The position numbers and the translations under genes are program-made. 35,713 bases of DNA, taken from positions 1 through 35,713 of the forward strand of contig PTKB01000003.1 in NCBI GenBank assembly GCA_002937555.1, in the 5' to 3' direction. The stretch comes from Alphaproteobacteria bacterium MarineAlpha10_Bin2. GTDB lineage: Bacteria; Pseudomonadota; Alphaproteobacteria; UBA828. How positions within the stretch are numbered: the first letter of the stretch is position 1; each line of letters begins with the position of its first letter. Under the pieces are notes generated by a model. That model was not told where the DNA came from. It did not search any database and worked only from the letters and a program-made list of their open reading frames with translations. Below, in pieces: positions 18,050 through 27,117 of the stretch.

Positions 18050-18805
18050 CTACCAGGCCGCCCAGCCGCCATCGACTAGCAAATTGGCGCCGTGCACCTG
18101 ATCAGAATCCGAGGATGCCAGGAACACCGCGGCACCGGTGAGTTCGTTCGGGTCCATATGGCCGACGCCAGTCGGCGTCAGCGACGCCTGACGTTCGTCA
18201 TAGCCCGCCTCGGCGCGGTACGGCGCGTTCATATCGGTCTTGATGTTGCCGGGCGCGAGCGAATTCACATTGATGCCGTCCTTGGCCAGTTCCAGACAGA
18301 GCGCGTTCACCATGTTCACCTGCCCGCCTTTCGACGAGCAATAGGCGCCCGAATTGGGAAAGCCGCCAACGCCGGCGATGGAAGTGATGTTGATGATTTT
18401 GCCGCTACCCTTGGCTTTCATGGTCGGCACCACCGCACGCGCCATGAAGAAGCTGCCCTTCAGGTTGAGGTCGATTTGGGTGTCCCAGATTTCTTCGGTG
18501 GTGTCCTCGATGGGGACGGCGGTGAAAATTCCGGCATTGTTGACCAGTATGTCGACCGTGCCGAACGCGGCGATGACCTCGCCGGCCAAGCGGTCGCATT
18601 CCGACACCTGGGCGACATCGGCCTGAAACGCCTTGGCCTCGCCGCCAGCGTCGTTGATCTCCTTGACGACGGCCTCGGCCTTGTCGAGATTTGAATGTGC
18701 GACGACGGCGACACGCGCGCCCTCGGCGCCATAGCGCCGGGCAATACAGGCGCCGATACCACGCGAGCTGCCGGTGATGATGGCGACCTTACCTTCGAGT
18801 TTCAT
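18050..18805 (-). CDS. SDR family oxidoreductase
   Basis: TGSSRGIG, NNAG, YCSSK (YxxxK), VDGG. Confidence 0.93.
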   Translation of the reverse strand: MKLEGKVAIITGSSRGIGACIARRYGAEGARVAVVAHSNLDKAEAVVKEINDAGGEAKAFQADVAQVSECDRLAGEVIAAFGTVDILVNNAGIFTAVPIEDTTEEIWDTQIDLNLKGSFFMARAVVPTMKAKGSGKIINITSIAGVGGFPNSGAYCSSKGGQVNMVNALCLELAKDGINVNSLAPGNIKTDMNAPYRAEAGYDERQASLTPTGVGHMDPNELTGAAVFLASSDSDQVHGANLLVDGGWAAW

Positions 18806-18867
18806 GGCTGCACCTATTGAATGGCTTGTGTTGCGCGAGCTTAGCTAGGCGGGCCGGGCAGTCAATC

Positions 18868-20079
18868 TCAAGCTGCGGCGATGTCCGGCCACTCCGCGTC
18901 GCGCGAGCGGCTCAGCGCGGCGCCGATATCGCTCAGGCTATTCAGGCTGTGCACGGTGCGGAAATCATCGACATGCGGCAGGATCGCCCGAACGCCGCGC
19001 GCTTCAGGGCGGAAGCCTTCGAAACGCAGCAGCGGATTGAGCCAGATCAGGCGGCGGCAGGATTTGTGCAGGCGCTCGATCTCGCGCTCGAGCCCGTCGA
19101 CATCGCCGCGGTCCAGCCCGTCGGTAATCAACAAAACCACCGCGCCCTGGCCGAGCACCCGGCGTGACCAGGAGCGGTTGAAGTCGAGCAGGCTCTCGCC
19201 GATACGGGTGCCGCCCGACCAGTCGAGCGCGGCATTGGCCACCCGGTCAAGCGCCACATCGACATCGCGGTACTGCAAATGGCGGGTGATATTGGTGAGG
19301 CGGGTGCCGAATATGAAACTGTGCACTCGGTCGCGGTCATTGGTGATGGCGTGCACGAAATGGAGGAACATACGCGAATAACGGCTCATCGACCCAGATA
19401 TGTCGCACAGCACGACGAGCGGCGGATGGCGGGTGACGCGGCGGCGGTATTTGAGTGGCATGATGGCGCCGGAGGTGCGCATCCCGGCGCGCAGCGTCGC
19501 CCGCATATCGATCTTGGCGCCGCGCGGATCGGCGGCGAAACGGCGTGTCGGGATCTCCATGATCGGCAGGCGCATTTCGGCGATGACCCGCTTGGCCTCT
19601 TCGACCTCCTCCTTCGACATGCTGTCGAAATCCATTTCCTGCAGCACTTCCATGGCGGAATAGGTTTGCGTGGCGTCGAGCTCGACTTCGATTTCGTCCT
19701 CGGCCTGCGGCTTGGGCGGATCGTCGGGCGAAAGCGCATCGGCCACGCGGCGGCTTATTTTCTCCGGCTCGCCCTTTTCCGCCGCCGTCGGGGCGGCGAC
19801 CGCCATCATGCGGCGCAACTCTTCAGGGTTGCGCCAAAACAGGCGAAACGCCTGGTCGAAAACCTGACGCTGGGCGGCGCGCTCGACGAATACGGCATGC
19901 ATCGCCCAGTAAAAATCATGGCGCGGCGCGAGCCCGATCAAATCCGCCGCCTGCACTGCCTCCAGCGTCTTGCCGGGGCCGACCGGCAGGCCGGTGGCGC
20001 GCAGCGCACGGGCGAAATGCATGATGTTTCGCGCGAGCTTGCCGCCGCCGACAATATCGACCGGTGCCAGACGGCTCAT
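18868..20079 (-). CDS. CoxE-like VWA domain protein
   Basis: FARALRATGLPVGP, MIDAS motif CDISGSM, WSGGTRIG, ITDGLD, WLNPL. Confidence 0.9.
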   Translation of the reverse strand: MSRLAPVDIVGGGKLARNIMHFARALRATGLPVGPGKTLEAVQAADLIGLAPRHDFYWAMHAVFVERAAQRQVFDQAFRLFWRNPEELRRMMAVAAPTAAEKGEPEKISRRVADALSPDDPPKPQAEDEIEVELDATQTYSAMEVLQEMDFDSMSKEEVEEAKRVIAEMRLPIMEIPTRRFAADPRGAKIDMRATLRAGMRTSGAIMPLKYRRRVTRHPPLVVLCDISGSMSRYSRMFLHFVHAITNDRDRVHSFIFGTRLTNITRHLQYRDVDVALDRVANAALDWSGGTRIGESLLDFNRSWSRRVLGQGAVVLLITDGLDRGDVDGLEREIERLHKSCRRLIWLNPLLRFEGFRPEARGVRAILPHVDDFRTVHSLNSLSDIGAALSRSRDAEWPDIAAA

Positions 20080-20999
20080 GAGCTGCTCTCTCCGAGATCG
20101 CCCAGCACGCCTTGAAGCGTTGCAGCCTGAGCGGCGGCGCCGCCGGCCTGATGATTTTTAATAATTTGCGCGATTCCGGCGCTGGTATCTTTCGGGTCGA
20201 GTTCCTGACGGTCCAAATCGATCAATGTGGCGGCCCAATCGACCGCCGCCCGGACGAACGCGTCGCCGCGAAATTCGGTTTGTCGCAATTCATCCACCAA
20301 GCCATCCAGGCGTTCCGTCAGGCGCCGCGCAATGCCGGGCGCACGGAATTCGAGTATCTCCGCCTCGCGCGCGGCGTCCGGGTAATCGATCCAGTGATAG
20401 ACGCAGCGTCGCTTGAGCGCGTCGTGAATTTCGCGTGTGCGATTGGAGGTGAGCACGACAATCGGGCGCTGGGCAGCGCGGATGGTGCCCAATTCCGGCA
20501 CGCTTACCTGAAAATCGGAGAGGATCTCCAACAGATAGGCTTCGAAGCCTTCGTCGGCGCGGTCGATTTCATCGATCAACAAAACCGGCGCGCCGGCGTC
20601 GCTCTCCTCCAATGCTTGAAGTATCGGGCGCTTGACGAGAAAGCGCTCGGAGAAAATATCGGCGGCGACTTCGTCTTTGTCGCGGTCCTTCTCATGCTCG
20701 GCGAGACGAATCTCGATCATCTGCGCGGCGTAGTTCCACTCGTAAACGGCGGCGGATGCGTCCAAGCCTTCATGACATTGCAAGCGCAGGAGCGGGCGGC
20801 CCATTTCGCGCGCGAGAACCAATCCAAGCTCGCTCTTTCCGACGCCGCTGCGGCCTTCAAGCAGAAGCGGGCGGCCGAGTTTGAGTGAGAGAAAGAGCGC
20901 CGTCGCCAAGCCGCTGTCGGGCACGTACTTGCCCTTCCGCAACAGCGCGCGCGTGCTCTCGACCGAATCGGGAATCTTCGTCGTGTCCATTCTCACCAT
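20076..20999 (-). CDS. CoxD-like MoxR family AAA+ ATPase
   Basis: Walker A EGRSGVGKS, RLQCHEG..YEWNY, Walker B LLIDEID, TSNRTREIHDALKRRC. Confidence 0.9.
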   Translation of the reverse strand: MVRMDTTKIPDSVESTRALLRKGKYVPDSGLATALFLSLKLGRPLLLEGRSGVGKSELGLVLAREMGRPLLRLQCHEGLDASAAVYEWNYAAQMIEIRLAEHEKDRDKDEVAADIFSERFLVKRPILQALEESDAGAPVLLIDEIDRADEGFEAYLLEILSDFQVSVPELGTIRAAQRPIVVLTSNRTREIHDALKRRCVYHWIDYPDAAREAEILEFRAPGIARRLTERLDGLVDELRQTEFRGDAFVRAAVDWAATLIDLDRQELDPKDTSAGIAQIIKNHQAGGAAAQAATLQGVLGDLGESSS

Positions 21000-21106
21000 C
21001 CACGGGTGGAAAGTAACGTTTCCTCTGTTCGCATCAAAGGCTTAACATTCCGGACAGCGACACGAAACCCCGCCCAGATTCTTCCCGTATCTGCATCGAA
21101 ATTTGA

Positions 21107-22285
21107 ATGTCCCTGGTTCCTCTGATTATCGCCGTCCTGGTCAATTTTTCGATGGGCTCGTTTTATGCGTGGAGCGTAATGGTCGCGCCGCTCGAGCAAT
21201 CACTCGGCGCCACCCGGTCAGACATCAGCCTGGCCTACTCCGTCAGTTTCATCACTATGACCGTGGGCATGTTCGTTACGCACAGCCTGCTGCGTATCGC
21301 GTCGCTGCCCTATTTGCTATTTGCCGTCTTTACCATTGCCGGGGTGGGCCTGGCGATATCCGGATATTTCGAAGCGCTGTGGAGCCTGGTGATTGGCTAT
21401 GGCGTCTTGTTCGGGTTCGCCCTCGGCGTGTCTTACTTCCTGGCGATGACTGCGGCAAGCCTGAACCTCCCGGTCCGGCCCAGCATCGCGCTTAGCATGA
21501 GCATGTCGGCCTTCGCCGGCGGCGGACTGGTGTGGCCGCCGATATTCGCGGCGATCATAGAATGGCAAGGGCCGCATGCCGTACTCTTGCTGTTTGCCGC
21601 CTATCTCGTTCTGGTCGGAGCCCTGAGCGGAATCCTGTTGCACGCCTCCCGCCCGCCGACCCACCCTGGTGCCGATAAGGGCGGCGGCCTGTTCAGTGAT
21701 ATTCTCACCCACCGCCCTCGGGTTTTCATATTGCTGTGGGCGGGATTCATCTGCATCGGATTTGCCGCGTTGATGTCGATCGGTCATGCGGCGGGCATCG
21801 TCGTGGATCATGGATTTCCCGCAGACCAAGCCTATTGGGCGCCGATGCTGACCAATCTCGTCTATATTGGCTGCGCGCTCTCGGCCGGGATCGTCTGCGA
21901 TTGGATTACCGGCCGGCGCGTGCTGATCGGGATCGCCGCCCTGACGGCGATCCCGCTGTTGACGCTTTATTTCGCGCCTTCCGCCACCATGAGCCTCATT
22001 GCACTCGCCGTGGTGGGCGGCGCATTCGGCGCCAGCGCCTCGGCCTATCCTGTGACCGTCGCCGGCTATTACGGCGTTTCGGCGCTGCCCCGCATCTATG
22101 GGCGGATGGCTACGGCGTTCGGCGCCTCCGGCCTGCTCGGCCCCTTTGCCGCCGGTGTCCTCTATGATTGGCAGGGCGGTTATGAAATCGCCATTCTCAT
22201 TGCCGGTGTTTTGGCCGTGATCGGCATCGCCACCTTGTGGTGCCTGCCCAAGACGCCCGCTATTGAGGCTGCGGCGCGTCCGTAA
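21107..22285 (+). CDS. MFS transporter (OFA-like)
   Basis: GSFYAWSV, YGVLFGFALG, CDWITGRR, YYG...YG; about 12 hydrophobic segments. Confidence 0.85.
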   Translation: MSLVPLIIAVLVNFSMGSFYAWSVMVAPLEQSLGATRSDISLAYSVSFITMTVGMFVTHSLLRIASLPYLLFAVFTIAGVGLAISGYFEALWSLVIGYGVLFGFALGVSYFLAMTAASLNLPVRPSIALSMSMSAFAGGGLVWPPIFAAIIEWQGPHAVLLLFAAYLVLVGALSGILLHASRPPTHPGADKGGGLFSDILTHRPRVFILLWAGFICIGFAALMSIGHAAGIVVDHGFPADQAYWAPMLTNLVYIGCALSAGIVCDWITGRRVLIGIAALTAIPLLTLYFAPSATMSLIALAVVGGAFGASASAYPVTVAGYYGVSALPRIYGRMATAFGASGLLGPFAAGVLYDWQGGYEIAILIAGVLAVIGIATLWCLPKTPAIEAAARP

Positions 22286-22415
22286 CTTCGGAAATAAACT
22301 CCTCGAACTTGCCGCCCTTGGTCTTCGGCATCGCGTCGAAATATTGGAATAAGATTTCGAACGGGTGGCCGAGGGCGTTTTGGATCACAGACCTCAGCTG
22401 ATCCTCCTCCGCCAC
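22260..22415 (-). pseudogene. C-terminal remnant of a phenylacetate-CoA ligase/CapK-like protein
   Basis: Manual translation in a frame not listed in the track: AEEDQLRSVIQNALGHPFEILFQYFDAMPKTKGGKFEEFISEV, resembling the terminal PRT..GKF motif of this family; no N-terminal part. Confidence 0.55.
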
Positions 22416-22578
22416 CCTGGCGGACAAAGTCGGCAAGCAATAGGAACGAACCGCCTGGAACGACTAGCGTTTCCGCGCCGTCAATTGGAAGGACGATCGT
22501 TTGTCCCTGTTCGTTGCGGAGTGTAGCTCCCGGAATTAGGGAAGATACGGTGCCAGAACCATCCTTTTGCGCACTCAT
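22414..22578 (-). pseudogene. N-terminal remnant resembling the start of large alphaproteobacterial secreted/adhesin proteins
   Basis: MSAQKDG...ETLVVPGGSFLLLADFVRQG, after which the frame runs into unrelated sequence. Resembles the ADF.R.G.DL N-terminal segment I recall from giant FecR/RTX-type proteins. Confidence 0.4.
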
Positions 22579-22599
22579 ATGTAACGTTTGTAATGCTCC

Positions 22600-22910
22600 C
22601 AAAACCCCATTCCGATCCGATATGGGGCGCGAATCCTGCCTATAGCTGCGCTACTATAACTCAGTTGCAAGTATTAACAAAATGTTGATTATGAAACTAA
22701 TTTTCGGTTTACATCGCTAACAATGTATTTATTCTGAATTGCTCCAAATAATTTTATGTAACATAACATGTGTTGCAAGAATATTTACTTAATACTTGAA
22801 CTAGAATTGGCCGATAATTCGAGAAAGGCCGCGAATTCATTGAAATAGATGTAAATAAATCGAAATTGGTTTTTGTTGCGACATACAAGAATAATAGCGC
22901 TTTATTGCCC
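22600..22910. promoter_or_regulatory. AT-rich intergenic regulatory block
   Basis: Visibly far more A/T than the flanks; GTTGCAAG occurs twice (22664, 22772); TTAA-N7-TTGA at 22674. Confidence 0.5.
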
Positions 22911-23022
22911 ACCAGCGCCGCAAAACCTGTAACCGCCAAGCATCCTGTTTGCCTCGACGCTCTGCTGCGTTAAACCTAGTTCCGCTGCGGCATCCCGCAC
23001 GGCTAAGGAAATGAGGTGGAAA

Positions 23023-23523
23023 ATGGTGGAAGGGTTCAACAAAGGCTTCCCGGTATCCTGGGATCAATTGCACCGCGACGGGCGGGCGCTGGCATGGAGA
23101 TTGGCTGAAATCGGGCCATTCGAGGGTATTGCCTCGATTACCCGCGGCGGCCTCGTGCCGGCGGCGATCGTCGCCCGGGAACTGGATATTCGCCTCGTCG
23201 ATACGATTTGCGTCTCTTCGTACGATCATCAGGACCAATCGGAAGTCATCATCATCAAGGGCCTCGAGGGCGATGGCGAAGGATGGCTGATCATCGATGA
23301 CCTGGTCGATACCGGAAAAACCGCCCGAGTCGTGCGCAACATGCTGCCGAAGGCGCACCTCGCCTGCGTTTACGCCAAACCGCTCGGCAAGCCGCTGGTC
23401 GACAGCTATATCACCGAGGTCAGCCAGGACACCTGGATCTTTTTCCCGTGGGATACCGATCTGCAATTTGTGCCGCCCATCGCCGGCGAAGAAGGCTCGG
23501 CCAACAACCGAAACGATAGCTGA
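23023..23523 (+). CDS. gpt: Xanthine(-guanine) phosphoribosyltransferase
   Basis: [29 protein letters not shown] motif [23 protein letters not shown]. Confidence 0.93.
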   Translation: MVEGFNKGFPVSWDQLHRDGRALAWRLAEIGPFEGIASITRGGLVPAAIVARELDIRLVDTICVSSYDHQDQSEVIIIKGLEGDGEGWLIIDDLVDTGKTARVVRNMLPKAHLACVYAKPLGKPLVDSYITEVSQDTWIFFPWDTDLQFVPPIAGEEGSANNRNDS

Positions 23524-23534
23524 AGGAGAACAAA

Positions 23535-24092
23535 GTGAGCCGCATCCCGCTGCCAAAAGAAGACGAGCTGGACGCCGACCAGCGCCGGGTTTACGACGAC
23601 ATCAAATCGGGCCGGCGCGGCGCTGTGCTCGACCTCTTCATGATGATGATGCACAGCCCCCAGCTCGCCGACCGGGCGCAGCGCCTCGGTGTCTTTTTAC
23701 GCTATGAAACCAGCCTGCCGACGCGCCTCAGCGAGCTCGCGGTGCTGACCACGGCCAAGCATTGGAATTCTTCCTACGAGTGGCATTTCCACGAAAAAGA
23801 AGCGCGCGCCGGCGGCTTGGCGGAGAATATTATCGCCGCCGTCCGCGCCGGTGACACGCCGGCATTCGACAATGCCGAAGAAGCCGCCGTCCACGCCTAT
23901 ACGCGCGAGCTGCTCAGCAACCGCCATGCCAGCGACGAAACCTATCAAACCGCGCTCGGCTTTTTCGGCAACGCCGGCATGGTCGAGCTGACCTGCCTGA
24001 TCGGCTATTACTGCATGATCGCGATGACCCTGAACGAACATGGCGTGCCGCTTCCTGAAGGCGCCGAGCCAGCCTTGCCGCCGCCCGGCTGA
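23535..24092 (+). CDS. Carboxymuconolactone decarboxylase (CMD) family protein
   Basis: HSPQLA...Q.LG.FLRY.TSLP.RL.ELAVL.TA..W...YEW..H, ELT.LIGYY. Confidence 0.85.
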   Translation: MSRIPLPKEDELDADQRRVYDDIKSGRRGAVLDLFMMMMHSPQLADRAQRLGVFLRYETSLPTRLSELAVLTTAKHWNSSYEWHFHEKEARAGGLAENIIAAVRAGDTPAFDNAEEAAVHAYTRELLSNRHASDETYQTALGFFGNAGMVELTCLIGYYCMIAMTLNEHGVPLPEGAEPALPPPG

Positions 24093-24108
24093 TCGCGTTC
24101 GGCGGCAC

Positions 24109-24140
24109 AAAAATTCGCCCCGCCGTTTCCAGCGGGGCGA
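24109..24140 (-). terminator. Intrinsic terminator between the convergent CMD and SBP genes
   Basis: TCGCCCCGC-N8-GCGGGGCGA perfect 9-bp stem, followed by ATTTTT on the minus strand. Confidence 0.7.
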
Positions 24141-24163
24141 TGAGTCGTTCAAGATAGGCTTAT

Positions 24164-25381
24164 TTAGCGCGCGATATAGTCGTAGTGCTTGCCAAACAAC
24201 ACATCCATCGGCACCGCCTCGGAGATCGTCCATTCGTCGACCACAGCTGGTTTGCCGTTGGTGGTCTCGACAATTAAATACGGTGCTCGAGCCTGATGGT
24301 GCAAGGTTTTGGTGAAGGTCCGCGTTCCAACGAGCACAGGCTCATCTTGGAAAGACTCCAGTGCTTCCACGACGGCATCGGAATCAAACGTGCCCGCCAT
24401 CTCCACCGCCTTGGCCCACATCTCGAAAACCACATAGCCAGGGTAGGCGTACTGGCTAATTGGATATGCGCCAGTTAGGGCTTTGAATTTTTCGTTGAAG
24501 TCTAGTACGGCCTGCCGCGGATCATCTCCATAGATCGAGGCTTGCTCGGGAACAAAGTGGCCACTCAAGTCAGGTACCGCCTCAAGCCAATAGTCTCCCG
24601 TCATGGAGCTTCCGCCACCCAACGCACTGTTAATTCCAGCCGCTCGAATCTGACGAATCGCACTTGCGCCGCCCGGGTTATAGCTACAAATCTGAATGAA
24701 ATCGGGTTCGACATCCAATGCTTTGATGCGGTCGATCTGCGGCTGAATGGTGGGATCCTCGTTCTGGAACACGTCATGTCCGAGGATTTCTCCGCCGATC
24801 TTTTCGCGCCACATCCAATCGAATCCGTAGCAGATGCCCTTGTTATACTCGATCACGTCGTCGAGCAGGATATAGGCCGTGCGCCAGCCTTTTTTGTTCC
24901 AGCCCCATTCGGCCAGTGCCGCGCCCTGCACGGCCGCGAGGACCGAGCTCGAGAACGCGTATTTGCCGATGCCCTGGACGCCGGCGAGCACGCTCTCGGC
25001 GCATAGGAAGACGGAAATTTTCTTTTGGTTCTGCGCCGCCAATGCCGCCGGAGCGCCAAAGTCGTAGTCACAGTCCACCGCGATCGCCTGGGCGCCCTGA
25101 TTGAGAACGGAGATACCGGCCTTCTTGCTCTCGACGCGGTCGGTCTTGGCGTCGGCGAACACTGCCTCGATTTTCTTGCCCAACAGGCCGCCCTTGGCAT
25201 TCCAATCGTCAATCGCGATTAGCGCCGCTTCGGTCGACGGTCCGCTATAGGCCTTCATCCAACCGGACGATGAGCCGGCGAAGCCGAATTTGACGACATG
25301 ATCGTCCGCTTGGGCGGGCGATGTGGCGGCGAATCCGAGAGCCAAGGCCCCCGCCGCCACCAACGACATAAATTTTCTCAT
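24164..25381 (-). CDS. HAAT/Liv-type ABC substrate-binding protein
   Basis: Signal peptide MRKFMSLVAAGALALGFAATSPAQA, N.KGGLLGKKIE, AIRQIRAAG; ATG 25381 with a GGGAG RBS. Confidence 0.88.
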   Translation of the reverse strand: MRKFMSLVAAGALALGFAATSPAQADDHVVKFGFAGSSSGWMKAYSGPSTEAALIAIDDWNAKGGLLGKKIEAVFADAKTDRVESKKAGISVLNQGAQAIAVDCDYDFGAPAALAAQNQKKISVFLCAESVLAGVQGIGKYAFSSSVLAAVQGAALAEWGWNKKGWRTAYILLDDVIEYNKGICYGFDWMWREKIGGEILGHDVFQNEDPTIQPQIDRIKALDVEPDFIQICSYNPGGASAIRQIRAAGINSALGGGSSMTGDYWLEAVPDLSGHFVPEQASIYGDDPRQAVLDFNEKFKALTGAYPISQYAYPGYVVFEMWAKAVEMAGTFDSDAVVEALESFQDEPVLVGTRTFTKTLHHQARAPYLIVETTNGKPAVVDEWTISEAVPMDVLFGKHYDYIAR

Positions 25382-25557
25382 GGTTGCTTCTCCCGAGTTG
25401 ATTTCCCTAAAATCCAATACGCCTGACTTAAGCACTTCGGGCATTGTCGTGGAATATGCCGCATTTGCAAGGCGCTTTGACATGAACCTTCGTTCGCCAG
25501 CCATTTTCCAGTTGATTCCCCCGGCAACAATCAATTAGGTACCTGTCACCGGGGCGC

Positions 25558-26367
25558 ATGAAGCAGCGCAAAAAAGCGCCGGAAGGGAGATCGCAGGCCG
25601 ATCGGGCTTGCACGGAAGGGGCAAGAGTGGCGGAACAGGCCAACGGCAGCGGACAGACCCTGGAAGCACGTCAGGTATCGGTAAGCTTCGAAGGCTTGAC
25701 CGCCGTCAACAGTGTCGACGAAACCCTGCATCAAGGCGAGATTCTAGGACTGATTGGCCCGAACGGGGCCGGCAAGACGACGCTGGTCAACGCCATGACC
25801 GGATTTCAATTGCCCGCTGCCGGCGAAGTTCTCCTCTGCGGCAAAGTCATTTCCAGTTTGTCGCCCCATTGGATCCGCCGGCACGGCGTTGCCCGTACGT
25901 TTCAGGCCGGGCGTCTGTTCCGCGATATGCCGGTCAGCGAGAATGTCGAAGTCGCCGCTGTCAGCATGGGCCTCAGCCGCAAGAAGGCGCATGCCCATGC
26001 CATGGAGCTGTTGGAATGGCTTGGCCTCGCCGACCGCGCGGAAATGCCCGCCGGCATCCTGCCTTACACTGACGAACGGCGCGTCGGCATCGCCCGGGCG
26101 CTCGCACTCAGCCCGCAATTCGTGCTGTTGGACGAGCCGGCGGCCGGAATGTCGGATTTAGAATGCGACGACATCATGCAGGTGGTGCGCGAAATTCCCG
26201 AACGCTTCGGCTGCGGCGTGCTGCTGATCGAACATAATATGCGCGTCATCATGGGCGTCTGCGCCCGCATCCATGTGCTCGATTCCGGCAAAACCATCGC
26301 CCGCGGCACGCCGGCGGAAGTGCAGAAAAACCCGGTCGTCATCAACGCCTATCTCGGGCATTCCTGA
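25558..26367 (+). CDS. HAAT ABC ATP-binding protein (LivG-like)
   Basis: GPNGAGKTT, GVARTFQ, LLDEPAAG, IEHNM, AYLG; true start may be GTG 25627. Confidence 0.9.
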   Translation: MKQRKKAPEGRSQADRACTEGARVAEQANGSGQTLEARQVSVSFEGLTAVNSVDETLHQGEILGLIGPNGAGKTTLVNAMTGFQLPAAGEVLLCGKVISSLSPHWIRRHGVARTFQAGRLFRDMPVSENVEVAAVSMGLSRKKAHAHAMELLEWLGLADRAEMPAGILPYTDERRVGIARALALSPQFVLLDEPAAGMSDLECDDIMQVVREIPERFGCGVLLIEHNMRVIMGVCARIHVLDSGKTIARGTPAEVQKNPVVINAYLGHS

Positions 26368-26370
26368 GCG

Positions 26371-27117
26371 ATGCTGCTCAGCGTCGATAATATAACCGTC
26401 CATTACAGCCGCCTGCCGGCCTTGCGCGAGGTTTCGGTATTTGTCGACGAGGGCGAAATCGTCTGTATCGTCGGGCCCAACGGCGCCGGCAAATCGACCA
26501 CGCTGTTGTCGATCTCGGGCGTCCTTAATCCGACCAGCGGCGACATCACTTTCGACGGCAAGCGGATCAACGGCATGAGCCCGGAAGCGGTGGCGCGCGC
26601 CGGCATCTCGCAGGTGCCGGAAGGGCGCCATGTGTTCACCACCCTCAATGTCGAGGAAAACTTGCGCATCGGCACGTCGATCCGCCAAGACCGCAGCGAC
26701 ATCGAGAAAGATTTCAAAAAGGTGCTGGAAATATTTCCGGTCCTCGCAGAGCGCCGCAAGCAGGCCGCCGGCAAACTCTCCGGTGGCGAGCAGCAGATGC
26801 TGGTGATTGGCCGCGCGCTGTTGACAAGCCCGCGCATCATGACCATCGACGAACCGTCGCTCGGCCTCGCGCCCAATTTGGTCGACCGGGTTTACGAGAC
26901 TCTGTTGGAATTGCGCAAAGACCGCGGTCTGACGCTGCTCATCGTCGAGCAAAGCTCCGAGCGCGCGCTGAAGAGCGCCGACCGGCTCTATGTGTTGCGC
27001 AGCGGCCAAATGCAACTCGAAGGCAACGTCGCCGACCTGCAGGACGGCGAGAAAGTGCGCCAAGCCTATTTCGGTTTCGAGGAAAGCACCACCGATGACG
27101 ACGAGGTGGCGTTTTAG
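26371..27117 (+). CDS. HAAT ABC ATP-binding protein (LivF-like)
   Basis: GPNGAGKST, VPEGRHVF, LSGGEQQML, DEPSLGLAP. Confidence 0.92.
   Translation: MLLSVDNITVHYSRLPALREVSVFVDEGEIVCIVGPNGAGKSTTLLSISGVLNPTSGDITFDGKRINGMSPEAVARAGISQVPEGRHVFTTLNVEENLRIGTSIRQDRSDIEKDFKKVLEIFPVLAERRKQAAGKLSGGEQQMLVIGRALLTSPRIMTIDEPSLGLAPNLVDRVYETLLELRKDRGLTLLIVEQSSERALKSADRLYVLRSGQMQLEGNVADLQDGEKVRQAYFGFEESTTDDDEVAF

Noticed and set aside
25505-25540. FNR/FixK box
   Set aside because: The TTGAT and ATCAA half-sites are 13 bp apart rather than the required 4.
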